From contig JBFWJS010000003.1 of NCBI GenBank assembly GCA_050253075.1, positions 341,458 through 405,457 on the forward strand: DNA of 64,000 nucleotides. Direction: 5' to 3'. This DNA is from Deferribacterales bacterium (GTDB lineage: Bacteria; Chrysiogenota; Deferribacteres; Deferribacterales; Geovibrionaceae). Shown one piece after another: positions 1 through 10,137 of this stretch; position 1 is the first letter of the stretch; each line of letters begins with the position of its first letter. The notes under the pieces are model-generated. The model searched no databases. It saw only the letters and a program-made list of their open reading frames with translations, and was not told the origin of the DNA. The position numbers and the translations under genes are program-made.

Positions 1-3000
1 GTTTTTGCTACTTCTACGATGTATGGGATTAGCTCCCCTGTATATAATTCATGGAAGTTTCTTCCGAACAGAGAGACTTCTACATCTGATTTCATATATT
101 CTTGAGCTTTGAAAAATTCAGGCACAGAAACTGTTTCACGCTCAATTGTCTTGGGCTTGATGGACTCATTTTTTATACTTCTAGCTTCTTCATCGAATTG
201 TTTCTCCGCAGCGTCCTTCATTGCCTGTAATACTTTTTCAAGCTCTTTTTCCGGAGAACGATACCAGTCAGTACTCCATATCCGGTGAATATTCCACCCG
301 AGACCTTCCAGGACTTCCTGCCTGAGTCGGTCTCTGTCTCTGGCTGCTTTTGCACTGTGATATGTTGCGCCGTCACACTCGATTCCTAGTAGATATCTGC
401 CCGGGAAATCATTATGTTTAATACCTATGTCGATCCGATATCCTGCTGTGCCTACCTGTGGCTCTGTCTCTATGCCTCTGTCGAAGAGAGCGTTAATAAC
501 AGCGTCCTCAAAAGGAGAGTCTGTATCTTTACCAGTAGAATAAGGCTGCTGAATTTTCTTAGTTTCGGAATATTCCAGAAAGTATCTCAGAGCATGTGAA
601 CCTACAGATGTTGAGTTTCGTAAATCCATTTCGGCAGCTCTGAAGTTACTGAAAACAACCATACTTAGTTTTGCTCTGGAAATAAGTACATTAAGCCTTC
701 TTTCACCGCCATTCTTTGTTAACGGACCAAAATTCATCGAAAGCTGTCCCTCGGCAGTTTTCCCATACCCGATGCTTATAAAAATAGTGTCTCTTTCATC
801 ACCCTGAACATTCTCAAGGTTTTTAATAAAGAAGCTTTCGTATTTATCTCTTGCGAAAAAGTCCTCGAAGCTATCATCTTTTGAGCGTAAATACTCCAGA
901 TGAGCTTCAATAGCATCTCTCTGCTCCATGCTGAAGGCAACAACTCCGAGAGAGCGTTCCGGTTGAGTTTTTATATGTTCGATGACTGCCTGAGCAACGA
1001 TTTCAGCCTCTTTCTGATTGGTTCGAGATTTTCCTTTGTCATAGACAGTTTGAGGGCTATATCTGAGGGATAGTCCTCTTCCTTCTAAGTCAAAATGAGG
1101 AGATGGGAAGACAATGAGCCTATTGTCATAGAATTTATAATTGGAAACTGCAATCAGAGAATCGTGTCTGCTTCTGTAATGCCACTGGAGCATTCTTTCG
1201 AGCGCACCCTTCGCAGTAAACAGGCTAAGGATGCTTTCCATGTCTCCGACATTGTTATAGTCATCTTCATCTTCTGATTCTCCGCCTATCTTACCGAAGA
1301 AGTTTGTTGGCGGAAGCTGTTTGCTGTCTCCGACTACAATCGTCTGCTTTCCTCTAAGGATTGCGCCAAAAGCATCTATAGGTTTCACTTGGCTAGCCTC
1401 GTCAAAAACAACAAGATCGAACTGCAGTGAGCCAAGGGGCAGGTATGTTGCTATAGACATAGGGCTCATCATGAAAACAGGTTTAATTGCCTGTATTGCA
1501 TGACCGGCAGTCTCTATGAGTTTTCTAATAGGCATATGTTTTCTTTTCTTAGAGATTTCGTTTCTGATGGTAGCCATCTCGCCATCGAAACCTTTCGGAA
1601 TGTTTGACCAGTGCTGAAGGGCTATTTTCTCGCAGTTCTTAGCCATAAGCTTTTTGTCTATTTCAGAAAAAGACATGATCTTAGTTTTGTGACCAACGCA
1701 GTTAAAGTTTGCTATTTCAGGTGTATTCCTATAGGTCATATCTGTTATTTCTTTGTACCAGAAGAAGTCATACGCATTTAGATAGTCAGCCGCAGAGTGT
1801 TTCCACTCAAAAGCTATGTCTGCCAGTTCACTTTTTCCGTGCTCTTTCAGACGTTTCTTGAGTGAGTTGAAATATACGATATCATCTAGTTTATCAATAT
1901 TTTCTAGCCAGTTATGGAGTTTATTGCTCTTTGTAGCCAAATCCGTATTCTCAGTAATCTCGATCATGATAATTTCTTTCAGGTTATTCTGCAGTCCAGC
2001 TGTTTCCTCTAATAACCCGACATTCTGTTTGCATTTCTCATATATCTCAGAGGTTTTTGGGTTGCTGACCAAGTCGAGAGCACATGGTAATAGCTCGCCA
2101 TTTTGTATCGCTGCATGTTTATCACACATCCAGTCTAATATAGATTTTATCCTGTCCCAATCTGTGCTGCTTATTGTTAGATTTTCTTCTATCAGCTGCT
2201 GCAAAAGCGGCAAAGTCTTTTCTGTCTCCGGTAAGTTCTTCCTAACATAAATGACAGAGTCGAGCATCTTGACGACGGTGCCAGCTTTAAAATCAAAACT
2301 ACCTTTTATATACCCTTTAACAGACCTTGCGGCTTTCCGGTAGTCTCCAGACAGGAATCGCCACCATTTATCACCGACAGAAGCGATCACCTTTCTTTCA
2401 TTAAGGAAGTCAGTCTCCCATGCCTCTTCAATAAGTACTGATTGATAATCATTATAAGAGGATTGTACCTGCTGGACATTGGCTATAGTGTTTCTGATTG
2501 CATCTGGGCTGCTTGTCCACTTTTCAGAATGCTTATCGACGCTCGAAATATCCGGAGCATCCTTGATTTGCTCAATTGTTTGAATTAAGTGCGCCATCTC
2601 TTCAACAGTAGGGGAGAATGATGCTTTTATATCGGAAGCCATTTCATTTGTTGAGGATGTAACCTTAGATATATTATCAAGTGCTTGTTTGATGATTTTT
2701 ACAGTATTTGACTTGTCATCAGGAGGCAGCATGCTGATGCTGCTTGCGGCAAATGGGTTCTCGCTGGGTGTACCATATTCTTTAAGATAGTCAGCGATCT
2801 CTGTGATGATATTTCTTATTTTCTGGTATTCTTCCTGATTTAAATTAAGCTGTGGATATTTTTCGCCATCTTCCAGTGGGTTTTTAATTTTGCTCAGCTG
2901 ACCGATAGCGTATATAAAACTGAAATCGGTACCGGCAATTTTCTTATTAACGGCTTCACAGTAGCTGTTTAACCTGTCACGTGCTGCGAGGTAGTCCTGC

Positions 3001-4211
3001 ACATCGTATCTGTCGTCATTTATCTTTGGTTTTCCGCTTATCATTACTCTTTCGAGCTCTGCCAGAAAGTTCTTTTTATTCGTTTTAAAGCTATGCAGCT
3101 CAAGGACAGCATCACCGATACCAGCCTGATCCAGCCTGTTTTTAACAACATCCAGGGCGGCCATTTTTTCGGAGACAAAGAGTATCTTCTTACCTCTGGC
3201 GATATTCTCAGCAATTATATTTGTAATGGTTTGTGATTTTCCTGTACCGGGAGGACCCTGTATAACAAGGCTCTTGCCTGAGCAGGCATCCAGTATGGCA
3301 AGCATCTGTGTTCTGTCAGCGTCCTTAATCAGGTGGCTGTTTTCTGGACTTACCATATCATCGATATTATCGTCATCAGAATACTCACTGATGTTATCTC
3401 TGAATCCTTCGTTAAGCAAAGCATCAAGGACAGCGGACTCTTCGTTCTTCCATTTCTCAGCTTCCAGATCTTTATACATAAGAAATTTACCGAATGAGAA
3501 GAATCCCAGTGTTATATCATCCCTTTCCACATGCCAGTTATTCATCCCGCTGACAGTTTGCTCCACATCGCTGAAATAGCTGTTTATATCAAAGTCTTCG
3601 ATATCATTAATCGCTGGCAGTGTTATGGCGAATTCTGATCTGAGCTTTTCTGCTAATGAAAGGTTTTCGCCTATGTCGTCGCTATTGTATTCAATGCTGA
3701 AACGGTCTCTTGCGCTTTTTCTGGAAATAGTTACAGGGATCAAAACCAGAGGCGCACGCCTCATTTGACTGGAGCTTTCAGACTCATGCCAGTGGAGGAA
3801 CCCAAGAGCCAGATAAAGTATATTTACCCCCTGTTCCTCAAGGTATGTTTTGGCATCATTATGTATGGATAAAAGTTTCTTCTGAAGCTTATCAGAAGAC
3901 ATCTTGGTTTGCAGCTTGCTGTCATAGTGTCTGTCAGCGTAACCTCTTGCATCGATGATTTCTTCGGGTTGTTCCAGTAAAAGTCCAATGTCAGTTTCGC
4001 CATTTTCGTCATCAATCAACTCTTCCGGCAAAGGTATAAAGGACATCTTTTTCCCATGAGCAACCATAATATCAAAAATGCTGTCAGACTTTTCGTCAAC
4101 AATTTCGATCTGTTTTCTTTTTCTGCTGTAGTTAATCAGGGTATTCCTTAAGGAAAGGTCTAAGAGTTCTTTTCGGCTTTTCTCAAGCGTTACAAGTGTT
4201 TCTGTGATCAT
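1..4211 (-). CDS. DUF4011 / superfamily I helicase / Vsr-like endonuclease fusion (Hhe-type defence protein); 3' end lies outside the window
   Basis: Absent from the ORF track because it runs off the edge. Manual minus-strand reading from ATG at 4211 gives MITETLVTLEKSRKELLDLSLRNTLINY (DUF4011 start), QGPPGTGKSQTITN (Walker A), FDEASQ, GDSKQLPPT, WHYRS, NLENVQGDERD, RRLNVLISRAK and GIECDGATYHS...RDRDRLRQEVLEGLGWNIHRIWSTDW (Vsr/MTES_1575-like). Confidence 0.9.
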   Translation of the reverse strand, partial: MITETLVTLEKSRKELLDLSLRNTLINYSRKRKQIEIVDEKSDSIFDIMVAHGKKMSFIPLPEELIDDENGETDIGLLLEQPEEIIDARGYADRHYDSKLQTKMSSDKLQKKLLSIHNDAKTYLEEQGVNILYLALGFLHWHESESSSQMRRAPLVLIPVTISRKSARDRFSIEYNSDDIGENLSLAEKLRSEFAITLPAINDIEDFDINSYFSDVEQTVSGMNNWHVERDDITLGFFSFGKFLMYKDLEAEKWKNEESAVLDALLNEGFRDNISEYSDDDNIDDMVSPENSHLIKDADRTQMLAILDACSGKSLVIQGPPGTGKSQTITNIIAENIARGKKILFVSEKMAALDVVKNRLDQAGIGDAVLELHSFKTNKKNFLAELERVMISGKPKINDDRYDVQDYLAARDRLNSYCEAVNKKIAGTDFSFIYAIGQLSKIKNPLEDGEKYPQLNLNQEEYQKIRNIITEIADYLKEYGTPSENPFAASSISMLPPDDKSNTVKIIKQALDNISKVTSSTNEMASDIKASFSPTVEEMAHLIQTIEQIKDAPDISSVDKHSEKWTSSPDAIRNTIANVQQVQSSYNDYQSVLIEEAWETDFLNERKVIASVGDKWWRFLSGDYRKAARSVKGYIKGSFDFKAGTVVKMLDSVIYVRKNLPETEKTLPLLQQLIEENLTISSTDWDRIKSILDWMCDKHAAIQNGELLPCALDLVSNPKTSEIYEKCKQNVGLLEETAGLQNNLKEIIMIEITENTDLATKSNKLHNWLENIDKLDDIVYFNSLKKRLKEHGKSELADIAFEWKHSAADYLNAYDFFWYKEITDMTYRNTPEIANFNCVGHKTKIMSFSEIDKKLMAKNCEKIALQHWSNIPKGFDGEMATIRNEISKKRKHMPIRKLIETAGHAIQAIKPVFMMSPMSIATYLPLGSLQFDLVVFDEASQVKPIDAFGAILRGKQTIVVGDSKQLPPTNFFGKIGGESEDEDDYNNVGDMESILSLFTAKGALERMLQWHYRSRHDSLIAVSNYKFYDNRLIVFPSPHFDLEGRGLSLRYSPQTVYDKGKSRTNQKEAEIVAQAVIEHIKTQPERSLGVVAFSMEQRDAIEAHLEYLRSKDDSFEDFFARDKYESFFIKNLENVQGDERDTIFISIGYGKTAEGQLSMNFGPLTKNGGERRLNVLISRAKLSMVVFSNFRAAEMDLRNSTSVGSHALRYFLEYSETKKIQQPYSTGKDTDSPFEDAVINALFDRGIETEPQVGTAGYRIDIGIKHNDFPGRYLLGIECDGATYHSAKAARDRDRLRQEVLEGLGWNIHRIWSTDWYRSPEKELEKVLQAMKDAAEKQFDEEARSIKNESIKPKTIERETVSVPEFFKAQEYMKSDVEVSLFGRNFHELYTGELIPYIVEVAK

Positions 4212-4349
4212 ATCAAAACCTGCGATTAAAATTATACAATATAATATTTTGCACTCTATATAGTAGATTTACAATACGAAATTATAATGACTTTGAACGA
4301 CAAGATCTGTCGCTTGCCTGGTTTATTCTGATAAAAACAGGAGGCGGCA

Positions 4350-4757
4350 ATGTTTAAAAAAATTGTAGTGGTTCTGGTTATTGTATCGTTTTGCTTCAGT
4401 TGTGCCAAAAGACAGCCTAATACGATAATGGCGTATCAGCCAGGGGATGAAAACAGAAGCTGTCAGTCGATCCTAAGTGAAATCTCCTATTATCACAACA
4501 AAATCAATGAAAAGTCCGGTGAGGTAAACAGCAGGACAGGTAAGAATGTTGCTCTAGGAGTCACAGGAGCTTTCCTGATAGTTCCTCTTTTCTTCATGGA
4601 TCTCAGCGGAGCGGAAAAAACAGAGCTTGAGTCCTATAAAATGCGTATTGAGCGTCTTCAGCTCATCGCTATGGAGAAGAGCTGCTCTTTCACACCGATT
4701 AAGTTTGAGGACAAAAAAGAAGAAACCCCAACACAAGAGGAGCAGACCACAGAGTAG
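4350..4757 (+). CDS. Hypothetical lipoprotein
   Basis: RBS AGGAGG, signal peptide ending in FSC (lipobox-like), internal hydrophobic helix, two further Cys. Confidence 0.7.
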   Translation: MFKKIVVVLVIVSFCFSCAKRQPNTIMAYQPGDENRSCQSILSEISYYHNKINEKSGEVNSRTGKNVALGVTGAFLIVPLFFMDLSGAEKTELESYKMRIERLQLIAMEKSCSFTPIKFEDKKEETPTQEEQTTE

Positions 4758-4855
4758 CCTAGTGCCCTCTTTGCAGGGCACTTTTCTTTTACAAAGTATT
4801 CCGATTTTACAAAGCCTTGTGTTATATTATTCACAGTACATGAGAGAGGTAACAA

Positions 4856-6397
4856 ATGACCCTGACACTTGAAACACTGGAGAGCTGGCTGTGGGGAGCT
4901 GCGGACATTCTGCGTGGCAATACAGACAGCTCAGACTATAAAAACTATATATTCGGACTGCTCTTTTTAAAGCGGGCAAATGATGTTTTCTTCGAAGAGG
5001 TGGAGAGAGCAAAACAGGAAGGCTACACCCGTGACGAAGCGATAGAGGACGATGACCTCCACCAGTTTGTCCTGCCGGAGAGTGCCTTCTGGAGTACACT
5101 CACCAAAAAGACTGAGAAAATTGGCGAAGCGATAGACAAAGCCTTTGCCGAGATAGAAGAGCGGAACAAATCGCTGGCTGGCGTTATGACAGCCGTACAT
5201 TTCGGAGACAAAGAGAAGCTGACAGACGCCACCCTTATGCGTCTGCTCGGTCATTTCAATAAATACTCACTGGCTAATGACGACCTCTATACCCCAGACC
5301 TCTTGGGTCAGGCGTATGAATACCTGATAAAGCAGTTTGCTGACGATGCCGGAAAGAAAGGGGGCGAATTCTATACCCCGAAGGGCGTTGTAAAGCTGAT
5401 AGTAAACCTTATCAGACCGGAAGCGGGCAACACTGTCTACGACCCTACATGCGGCTCCGGCGGTATGCTCATCGAGTCCGCCAGATACATAGCCGAAGGC
5501 GGCGGCAAGACACCCACAGGGAAGGTAAACACAACTCTCTATGGACAGGAGCGTAACCTCGGCACATGGGCTATATGTAAGCTGAACATGATCCTGCACG
5601 GATATATGGACGCAAACATTGCCAAAGGCGACACTCTGGGCGACCCGAAACACAGAGACAGCGACGACACTGTTAAAACATTCGACAGAGTTATAGCCAA
5701 TCCGCCGTTCAGTATGGACGGCTGGTGGGATGCGGAGGAAGTATCCGCAGAGGCACAGGGAGCAAAGCCTAACTATACCAAAAATGTTAATGACGGTTTC
5801 GGACGTTTCACATACGGAGTTCCGCCACGCAGCTATGGTGACCTCGCATTTGCCCAGCATATGATAGCATCTCTTCGTCAGGATGGGCGCATGGGCGTTG
5901 TTCTGCCTCATGGTGTGCTTTTCAGAGGGAGCGCAGAGGGGAAGATTCGCACAGGTATGCTGAAGGACGACATTATAGAGGCTGTGGTAGGTCTCCCCAG
6001 CAAACTATTCTATAACACAGGCATACCCGCATGTGTGCTTATCATAAACAAGAGTAAGCCCGCCGAGCTGAAAGGCAAGGTTATCTTCATAGATGCATCA
6101 GCAGAGTTTAAAGCAGGCTCAAACATGAACATGCTGGAGCAGGAACACATCGACAAGGTTGTGCAGGCGTATAGCGCTGGCGAAGATGTTGATAAATTTA
6201 TGCGTATAGTGCCGATGGCTGAGATAAAAGATAACGACCACAACCTGAACATCGCCAGATACATCGACACCAGCGAAGAGGAAGAGCCAGTAGACATCGA
6301 AGCTACTTTAAAAGAGATAGCCGAGCTGGAACAGGCAGAAGAACAGATAGACACCAAATTGAAAACCTACCTTCAGGAGCTTGGCTATGAGTCATAA
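4856..6397 (+). CDS. hsdM: Type I R-M methyltransferase subunit M
   Basis: LWGAADILRG N-terminus, GEFYTP, YDPTCGSGG (motif I), NPPF (motif IV, N6-adenine). Confidence 0.97.
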   Translation: MTLTLETLESWLWGAADILRGNTDSSDYKNYIFGLLFLKRANDVFFEEVERAKQEGYTRDEAIEDDDLHQFVLPESAFWSTLTKKTEKIGEAIDKAFAEIEERNKSLAGVMTAVHFGDKEKLTDATLMRLLGHFNKYSLANDDLYTPDLLGQAYEYLIKQFADDAGKKGGEFYTPKGVVKLIVNLIRPEAGNTVYDPTCGSGGMLIESARYIAEGGGKTPTGKVNTTLYGQERNLGTWAICKLNMILHGYMDANIAKGDTLGDPKHRDSDDTVKTFDRVIANPPFSMDGWWDAEEVSAEAQGAKPNYTKNVNDGFGRFTYGVPPRSYGDLAFAQHMIASLRQDGRMGVVLPHGVLFRGSAEGKIRTGMLKDDIIEAVVGLPSKLFYNTGIPACVLIINKSKPAELKGKVIFIDASAEFKAGSNMNMLEQEHIDKVVQAYSAGEDVDKFMRIVPMAEIKDNDHNLNIARYIDTSEEEEPVDIEATLKEIAELEQAEEQIDTKLKTYLQELGYES

Positions 6398-7646
6398 ACT
6401 GCCTGATGGGTGGAGAGAGGAAAGCTTATCAAATATTACAAACATCATAGTAAGTAATGTAGATAAGAAGTCGTCTTCTACAGAAATACCAGTGACTCTT
6501 TGTAATTATATGGATGTTTATAACAACTCATATATAGATAAATCTCTTAATTTTATGACTGCGACAGCTACAAAAGAGGAGATAAATAAATTTTCTCTTA
6601 AAGTTGACGATGTCTTAATCACTAAGGATTCTGAAACCCCTGAAGATATTGCTATTCCAGCCGTAGTTTCTGAAATTTTTGATAACTTTGTTTGTGGTTA
6701 CCATCTAGCGATATTGAGACCGAAAAACGGTCTTGCGGGACGTTTTCTTAATAATATTTTGATGTCAAAAAAAGTACATAATCATTTTGTACGTTTTGCA
6801 AATGGGGCAACAAGATTTGGTTTAACATTAGATGCAATAAAAAAAGCTAAAATTCCACTCCCCCCAATAGAAGAGCAGAGGAAGATTGCGGAGATACTGG
6901 GCACTGTGGATGAGAAGATAAGCAACATAGACCAGCAGATATCCGCCACAGAAACCCTGAAAAAAGGACTGATGCAAAAACTCTTCACCGAAGGCATCGG
7001 ACACACCGAATTCAAATCCACCGAAATCGGCACCCTCCCCAAATCATGGGAGGTTAGGTCAATTGAAAATATTGCTGATGTTTCATCAAGTAAAAGGATT
7101 ATGAAGTCTGAATATGTTAATGAAGGAATTCCTTTTTATCGCTCTAAAGAAATTATTTTAAAATCTAGAAGGCATAAGCTCGCAGATGTAATATATATCT
7201 CGAATGAAAGATTTATTAGTCTAAAAGAAAAATTTGGCGCACCTGTAACTGGAGATATCCTGATAACAGCAGTAGGCACAATTGGGGTTTGTTATGTTGT
7301 ACAGGAAGAAGAGTTTTACTTTAAGGATGGTAATTTACTTTGGATGAGAAATATTTCAGATAACTTAAACTCTGATTTCTTAATTTATTATTTTCAAACG
7401 AGAAATTTTAAGAAATCAATTGAGGATGTTAGTGGTGGCTCAAATCAGCATGCTTTAACGATCATTAAATTTAATAATGTATGCCTTCCTTTACCACCCA
7501 TTGAAGAACAGCAAAAAATTGCATCTATACTGACAGAGGTGGATAACAAGATAGAATCCCTGAAAAAGAAAAAAGAGAAATACACCACCCTGAAAACAGG
7601 ACTTATGCAGCAACTCCTCACCGGACAAAAGCGAGTCGAGATATGA
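6387..7646 (+). CDS. hsdS: Type I R-M specificity subunit S
   Basis: Two TRDs, each followed by PLPPIEEQxKIAxIL and LKxGLMQxL; the ATG overlaps the end of hsdM. Confidence 0.95.
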   Translation: MSHKLPDGWREESLSNITNIIVSNVDKKSSSTEIPVTLCNYMDVYNNSYIDKSLNFMTATATKEEINKFSLKVDDVLITKDSETPEDIAIPAVVSEIFDNFVCGYHLAILRPKNGLAGRFLNNILMSKKVHNHFVRFANGATRFGLTLDAIKKAKIPLPPIEEQRKIAEILGTVDEKISNIDQQISATETLKKGLMQKLFTEGIGHTEFKSTEIGTLPKSWEVRSIENIADVSSSKRIMKSEYVNEGIPFYRSKEIILKSRRHKLADVIYISNERFISLKEKFGAPVTGDILITAVGTIGVCYVVQEEEFYFKDGNLLWMRNISDNLNSDFLIYYFQTRNFKKSIEDVSGGSNQHALTIIKFNNVCLPLPPIEEQQKIASILTEVDNKIESLKKKKEKYTTLKTGLMQQLLTGQKRVEI

Positions 7647-8833
7647 GTGAACTTGAGAAAGTTAAAAAATTACATGAAGAAGGAAAAATCGGATATGTAA
7701 CTATAGATACGTCGATACTAGAAAAATATATACATGAGCCAACTTCTGGAATGTGTAGACTACTGAGTAAGTTTAAGCTTCACGGTATAACGTTGACCCT
7801 ATCATCCATTGTGAGAAATGAGTTGATTAAGCATAAAGTTGATGAATATGAGGAGAAAAGAGAGAAAGCTAAGAGTGGGTTAAACGCTGTTAAAAAATTT
7901 ATAAATATTCAGCCATATCCATATGATGATTTAATAGATAAAATTGAATCTCAAGATACGCTTAAGCAGGCTTCTGCTTTATTAGAAGATTTTGAAGATA
8001 TTACAGAATGCGAGACCCTTGGTTTGGAGAGCGTTCAAACCGATGAAATTTATGATAAATATTTTCAACAGAAGCCCCCTTTTGGTAAGAAACAAGATAA
8101 AAAACACGAGTTTCCAGATGCTGCTGCATTAATATCTTTTAGAAACCTTGCAGATAAAGAAGGTAAATATATTGTTGTGGTAGCAAAAGATAATGACTGG
8201 AAAGGTTTTTGTGAAGAAAATGAATGCTTGATATATATTGATGACTTGGATGGCTTGCTGACGTTATTTGATGATCAAGATGCACTAAAGCATATGGAGA
8301 GCTACATTGATAATAGGCTCGATAATTTGAGTGATAAAGCATTTCTTGAGAGGTCAATACGCCAATATGTTTCTGAAAGAGTAGAAGAAATGAAACCCAT
8401 CTCAGACTCTTGTCTTTCATATAGGTATGAAATTTTAGATAATTCAATTGTTTTAGATGATTTTAACATAATACAACAAATCCAATCTCTTTCATTGGAG
8501 AGCGGGTTGTATACATTTGAAATTGAACTTGAGATTTTTGTAAATGCTACAGCATTATTTTATTTCTTTGTTAGAGATAATGAGATGCGTGAAGATACTA
8601 TTACGAAAGACTCTCACATTCATACAACTACATCTGGTGCTGCTGTTATTTCTATAGATGTTAGCGACTTTGTGCACTATGAAAATAATAAACCGTGTAT
8701 AAATACCAATTCTCTTGCAGGTGCAAATTTTACAGGTATAGAGATTGTTGATATAAGTGTTTATATCAGCGGTTTTTCACCAAGTTATGATGAAGTAGAG
8801 AGAACCTGGCTACCAGATTCTGATACATATTAA
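7643..8833 (+). CDS. PIN-like domain protein (DUF4935-like) with unknown acidic C-terminal domain
   Basis: IDTSI (first Asp), VRNEL, KPPF..KKHEFPDA and VAKDNDW match PIN-like acidic motifs; strongly AT-rich. Confidence 0.7.
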   Translation: MSELEKVKKLHEEGKIGYVTIDTSILEKYIHEPTSGMCRLLSKFKLHGITLTLSSIVRNELIKHKVDEYEEKREKAKSGLNAVKKFINIQPYPYDDLIDKIESQDTLKQASALLEDFEDITECETLGLESVQTDEIYDKYFQQKPPFGKKQDKKHEFPDAAALISFRNLADKEGKYIVVVAKDNDWKGFCEENECLIYIDDLDGLLTLFDDQDALKHMESYIDNRLDNLSDKAFLERSIRQYVSERVEEMKPISDSCLSYRYEILDNSIVLDDFNIIQQIQSLSLESGLYTFEIELEIFVNATALFYFFVRDNEMREDTITKDSHIHTTTSGAAVISIDVSDFVHYENNKPCINTNSLAGANFTGIEIVDISVYISGFSPSYDEVERTWLPDSDTY

Positions 8834-8848
8834 GACTGTAGTGAGAGG

Positions 8849-8874
8849 TATTTCATATTTCAAAATATGAAATA
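8849..8874. promoter_or_regulatory. Perfect 12-bp inverted repeat, candidate autoregulatory operator
   Basis: TATTTCATATTT-CA-AAATATGAAATA upstream of the HTH gene; the half-site AATATGAAAT recurs at about 8929. Confidence 0.55.
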
Positions 8875-8924
8875 AGCTTTACGTGCATAAGTATATGTGG
8901 TTATATTGAGTTAATAATCACATT

Positions 8925-9458
8925 ATGGAATATGAAATGAAATCTATCAGTGTATATGTTCTTGCAAGTTTAATAGTTAAGAGAGAGCGTTCCGGTTCTT
9001 ATGAAAACTGGGCCAATGAAATTGGTTTGCCAGTGGCGACACTGTTCCGCAGTGTTAAAACTCTTCGTCAGGTAAAACTGATCACAGAGACTGTGGATGG
9101 AGACGTACCGAATTATCAGAATGCAGAAAAGTTTTTGCTGTATGGTTTTCCATTCTGCTTTCATGCAGAGAAGGGAAAGCTGGTACGTGGGTTTAAAACT
9201 GGTGTGGATGCTACTTCTCTTAGGAATGAGTTTGCAGAAGTCGATTATCCTGCCGTATGGCCTCATCACAAGGGCGATGTAAAAGGGTTTGGTATAAAAC
9301 CATTGCATCCTAGTATCCCTGAGCAGGTTGCCGAAGGCAAGATGGATAAGAACCTTTACGAGCTCCTTGCTCTGCTGGATACTGTTTGTGTCGGGCAGGC
9401 TAGAGAGGTTAAGGCCGCTCAGGAAAAGATAAAGGAAATATTGAACGATCATGAATAA
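8925..9458 (+). CDS. Winged-HTH protein, putative AbiEi-like antitoxin (start may be 8937)
   Basis: N-terminal HTH-like segment (YENWANEIGLPVATLFRSVKTL); VWP..G..G..PL and LYELLALLD..G.ARE motifs; overlaps the downstream NTase gene. Confidence 0.6.
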   Translation: MEYEMKSISVYVLASLIVKRERSGSYENWANEIGLPVATLFRSVKTLRQVKLITETVDGDVPNYQNAEKFLLYGFPFCFHAEKGKLVRGFKTGVDATSLRNEFAEVDYPAVWPHHKGDVKGFGIKPLHPSIPEQVAEGKMDKNLYELLALLDTVCVGQAREVKAAQEKIKEILNDHE

Positions 9459-10137
9459 CAGAGACCTGCTCATAAGAATGGCGACAGCACTGAAACCGAT
9501 GCTGGATAAATTCGTTTTTGTCGGCGGCTGCGCTGTTGACCTGCTGGTGACAAGTGAAGCTGTAAACGATGTGCGGATAACTAATGATGTGGATGTCATC
9601 GCTGAGATAGCCACACAGCATCAGTATTACGAGCTTATAGACCAGTTGAAAGAACTGGGCTTTAATGAAAAGATGCCGACACCGGACGATAACTCTCCCA
9701 TATGCAGGCTTATAAAGGAAGGCATGCTGCTGGATGTGATGCCTACGGATGAAAGTGTTCTAGGTTTTTCAAATATCTGGTATCTGCCAGCCCTGAAAAA
9801 TGCGAGAAAGGTCAGCCTTACAGAAGATATTACAGTAAAGGTTGTTACCTCTGCGTATTTCATTGCCACAAAGCTGATGGCTTTCCGCACCAGAGGCGAA
9901 AGCGACTATTACTGCCACGATATGGAAGACATAATCACTGTCTTCAACGGAAATGATAACATAGTGGAAGATATCAGAAACGCTGAGGATGATGTCAGAG
10001 AATATATCAAAAAAGAATTTAGCGAGCTTATGACGGACAGACTGTTTAAAATTAACTGTCTGCCTGCGCATCTGGCCACGGAAAGCCCGAAGCGTGCAGA
10101 GCTTGTTTACGAAAGGATAAAGGACGCCGTTTCATAA
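9451..10137 (+). CDS. Pol-beta-type nucleotidyltransferase, putative AbiEii-like toxin
   Basis: FVGGCAV, R.T.DVD, LDVMP, TKL.AF..RG and HDMED motifs. Confidence 0.7.
   Translation: MNNRDLLIRMATALKPMLDKFVFVGGCAVDLLVTSEAVNDVRITNDVDVIAEIATQHQYYELIDQLKELGFNEKMPTPDDNSPICRLIKEGMLLDVMPTDESVLGFSNIWYLPALKNARKVSLTEDITVKVVTSAYFIATKLMAFRTRGESDYYCHDMEDIITVFNGNDNIVEDIRNAEDDVREYIKKEFSELMTDRLFKINCLPAHLATESPKRAELVYERIKDAVS

Noticed and set aside
414..4015. Several short ORFs in the track
   Set aside because: They are shadows of the long minus-strand helicase gene.
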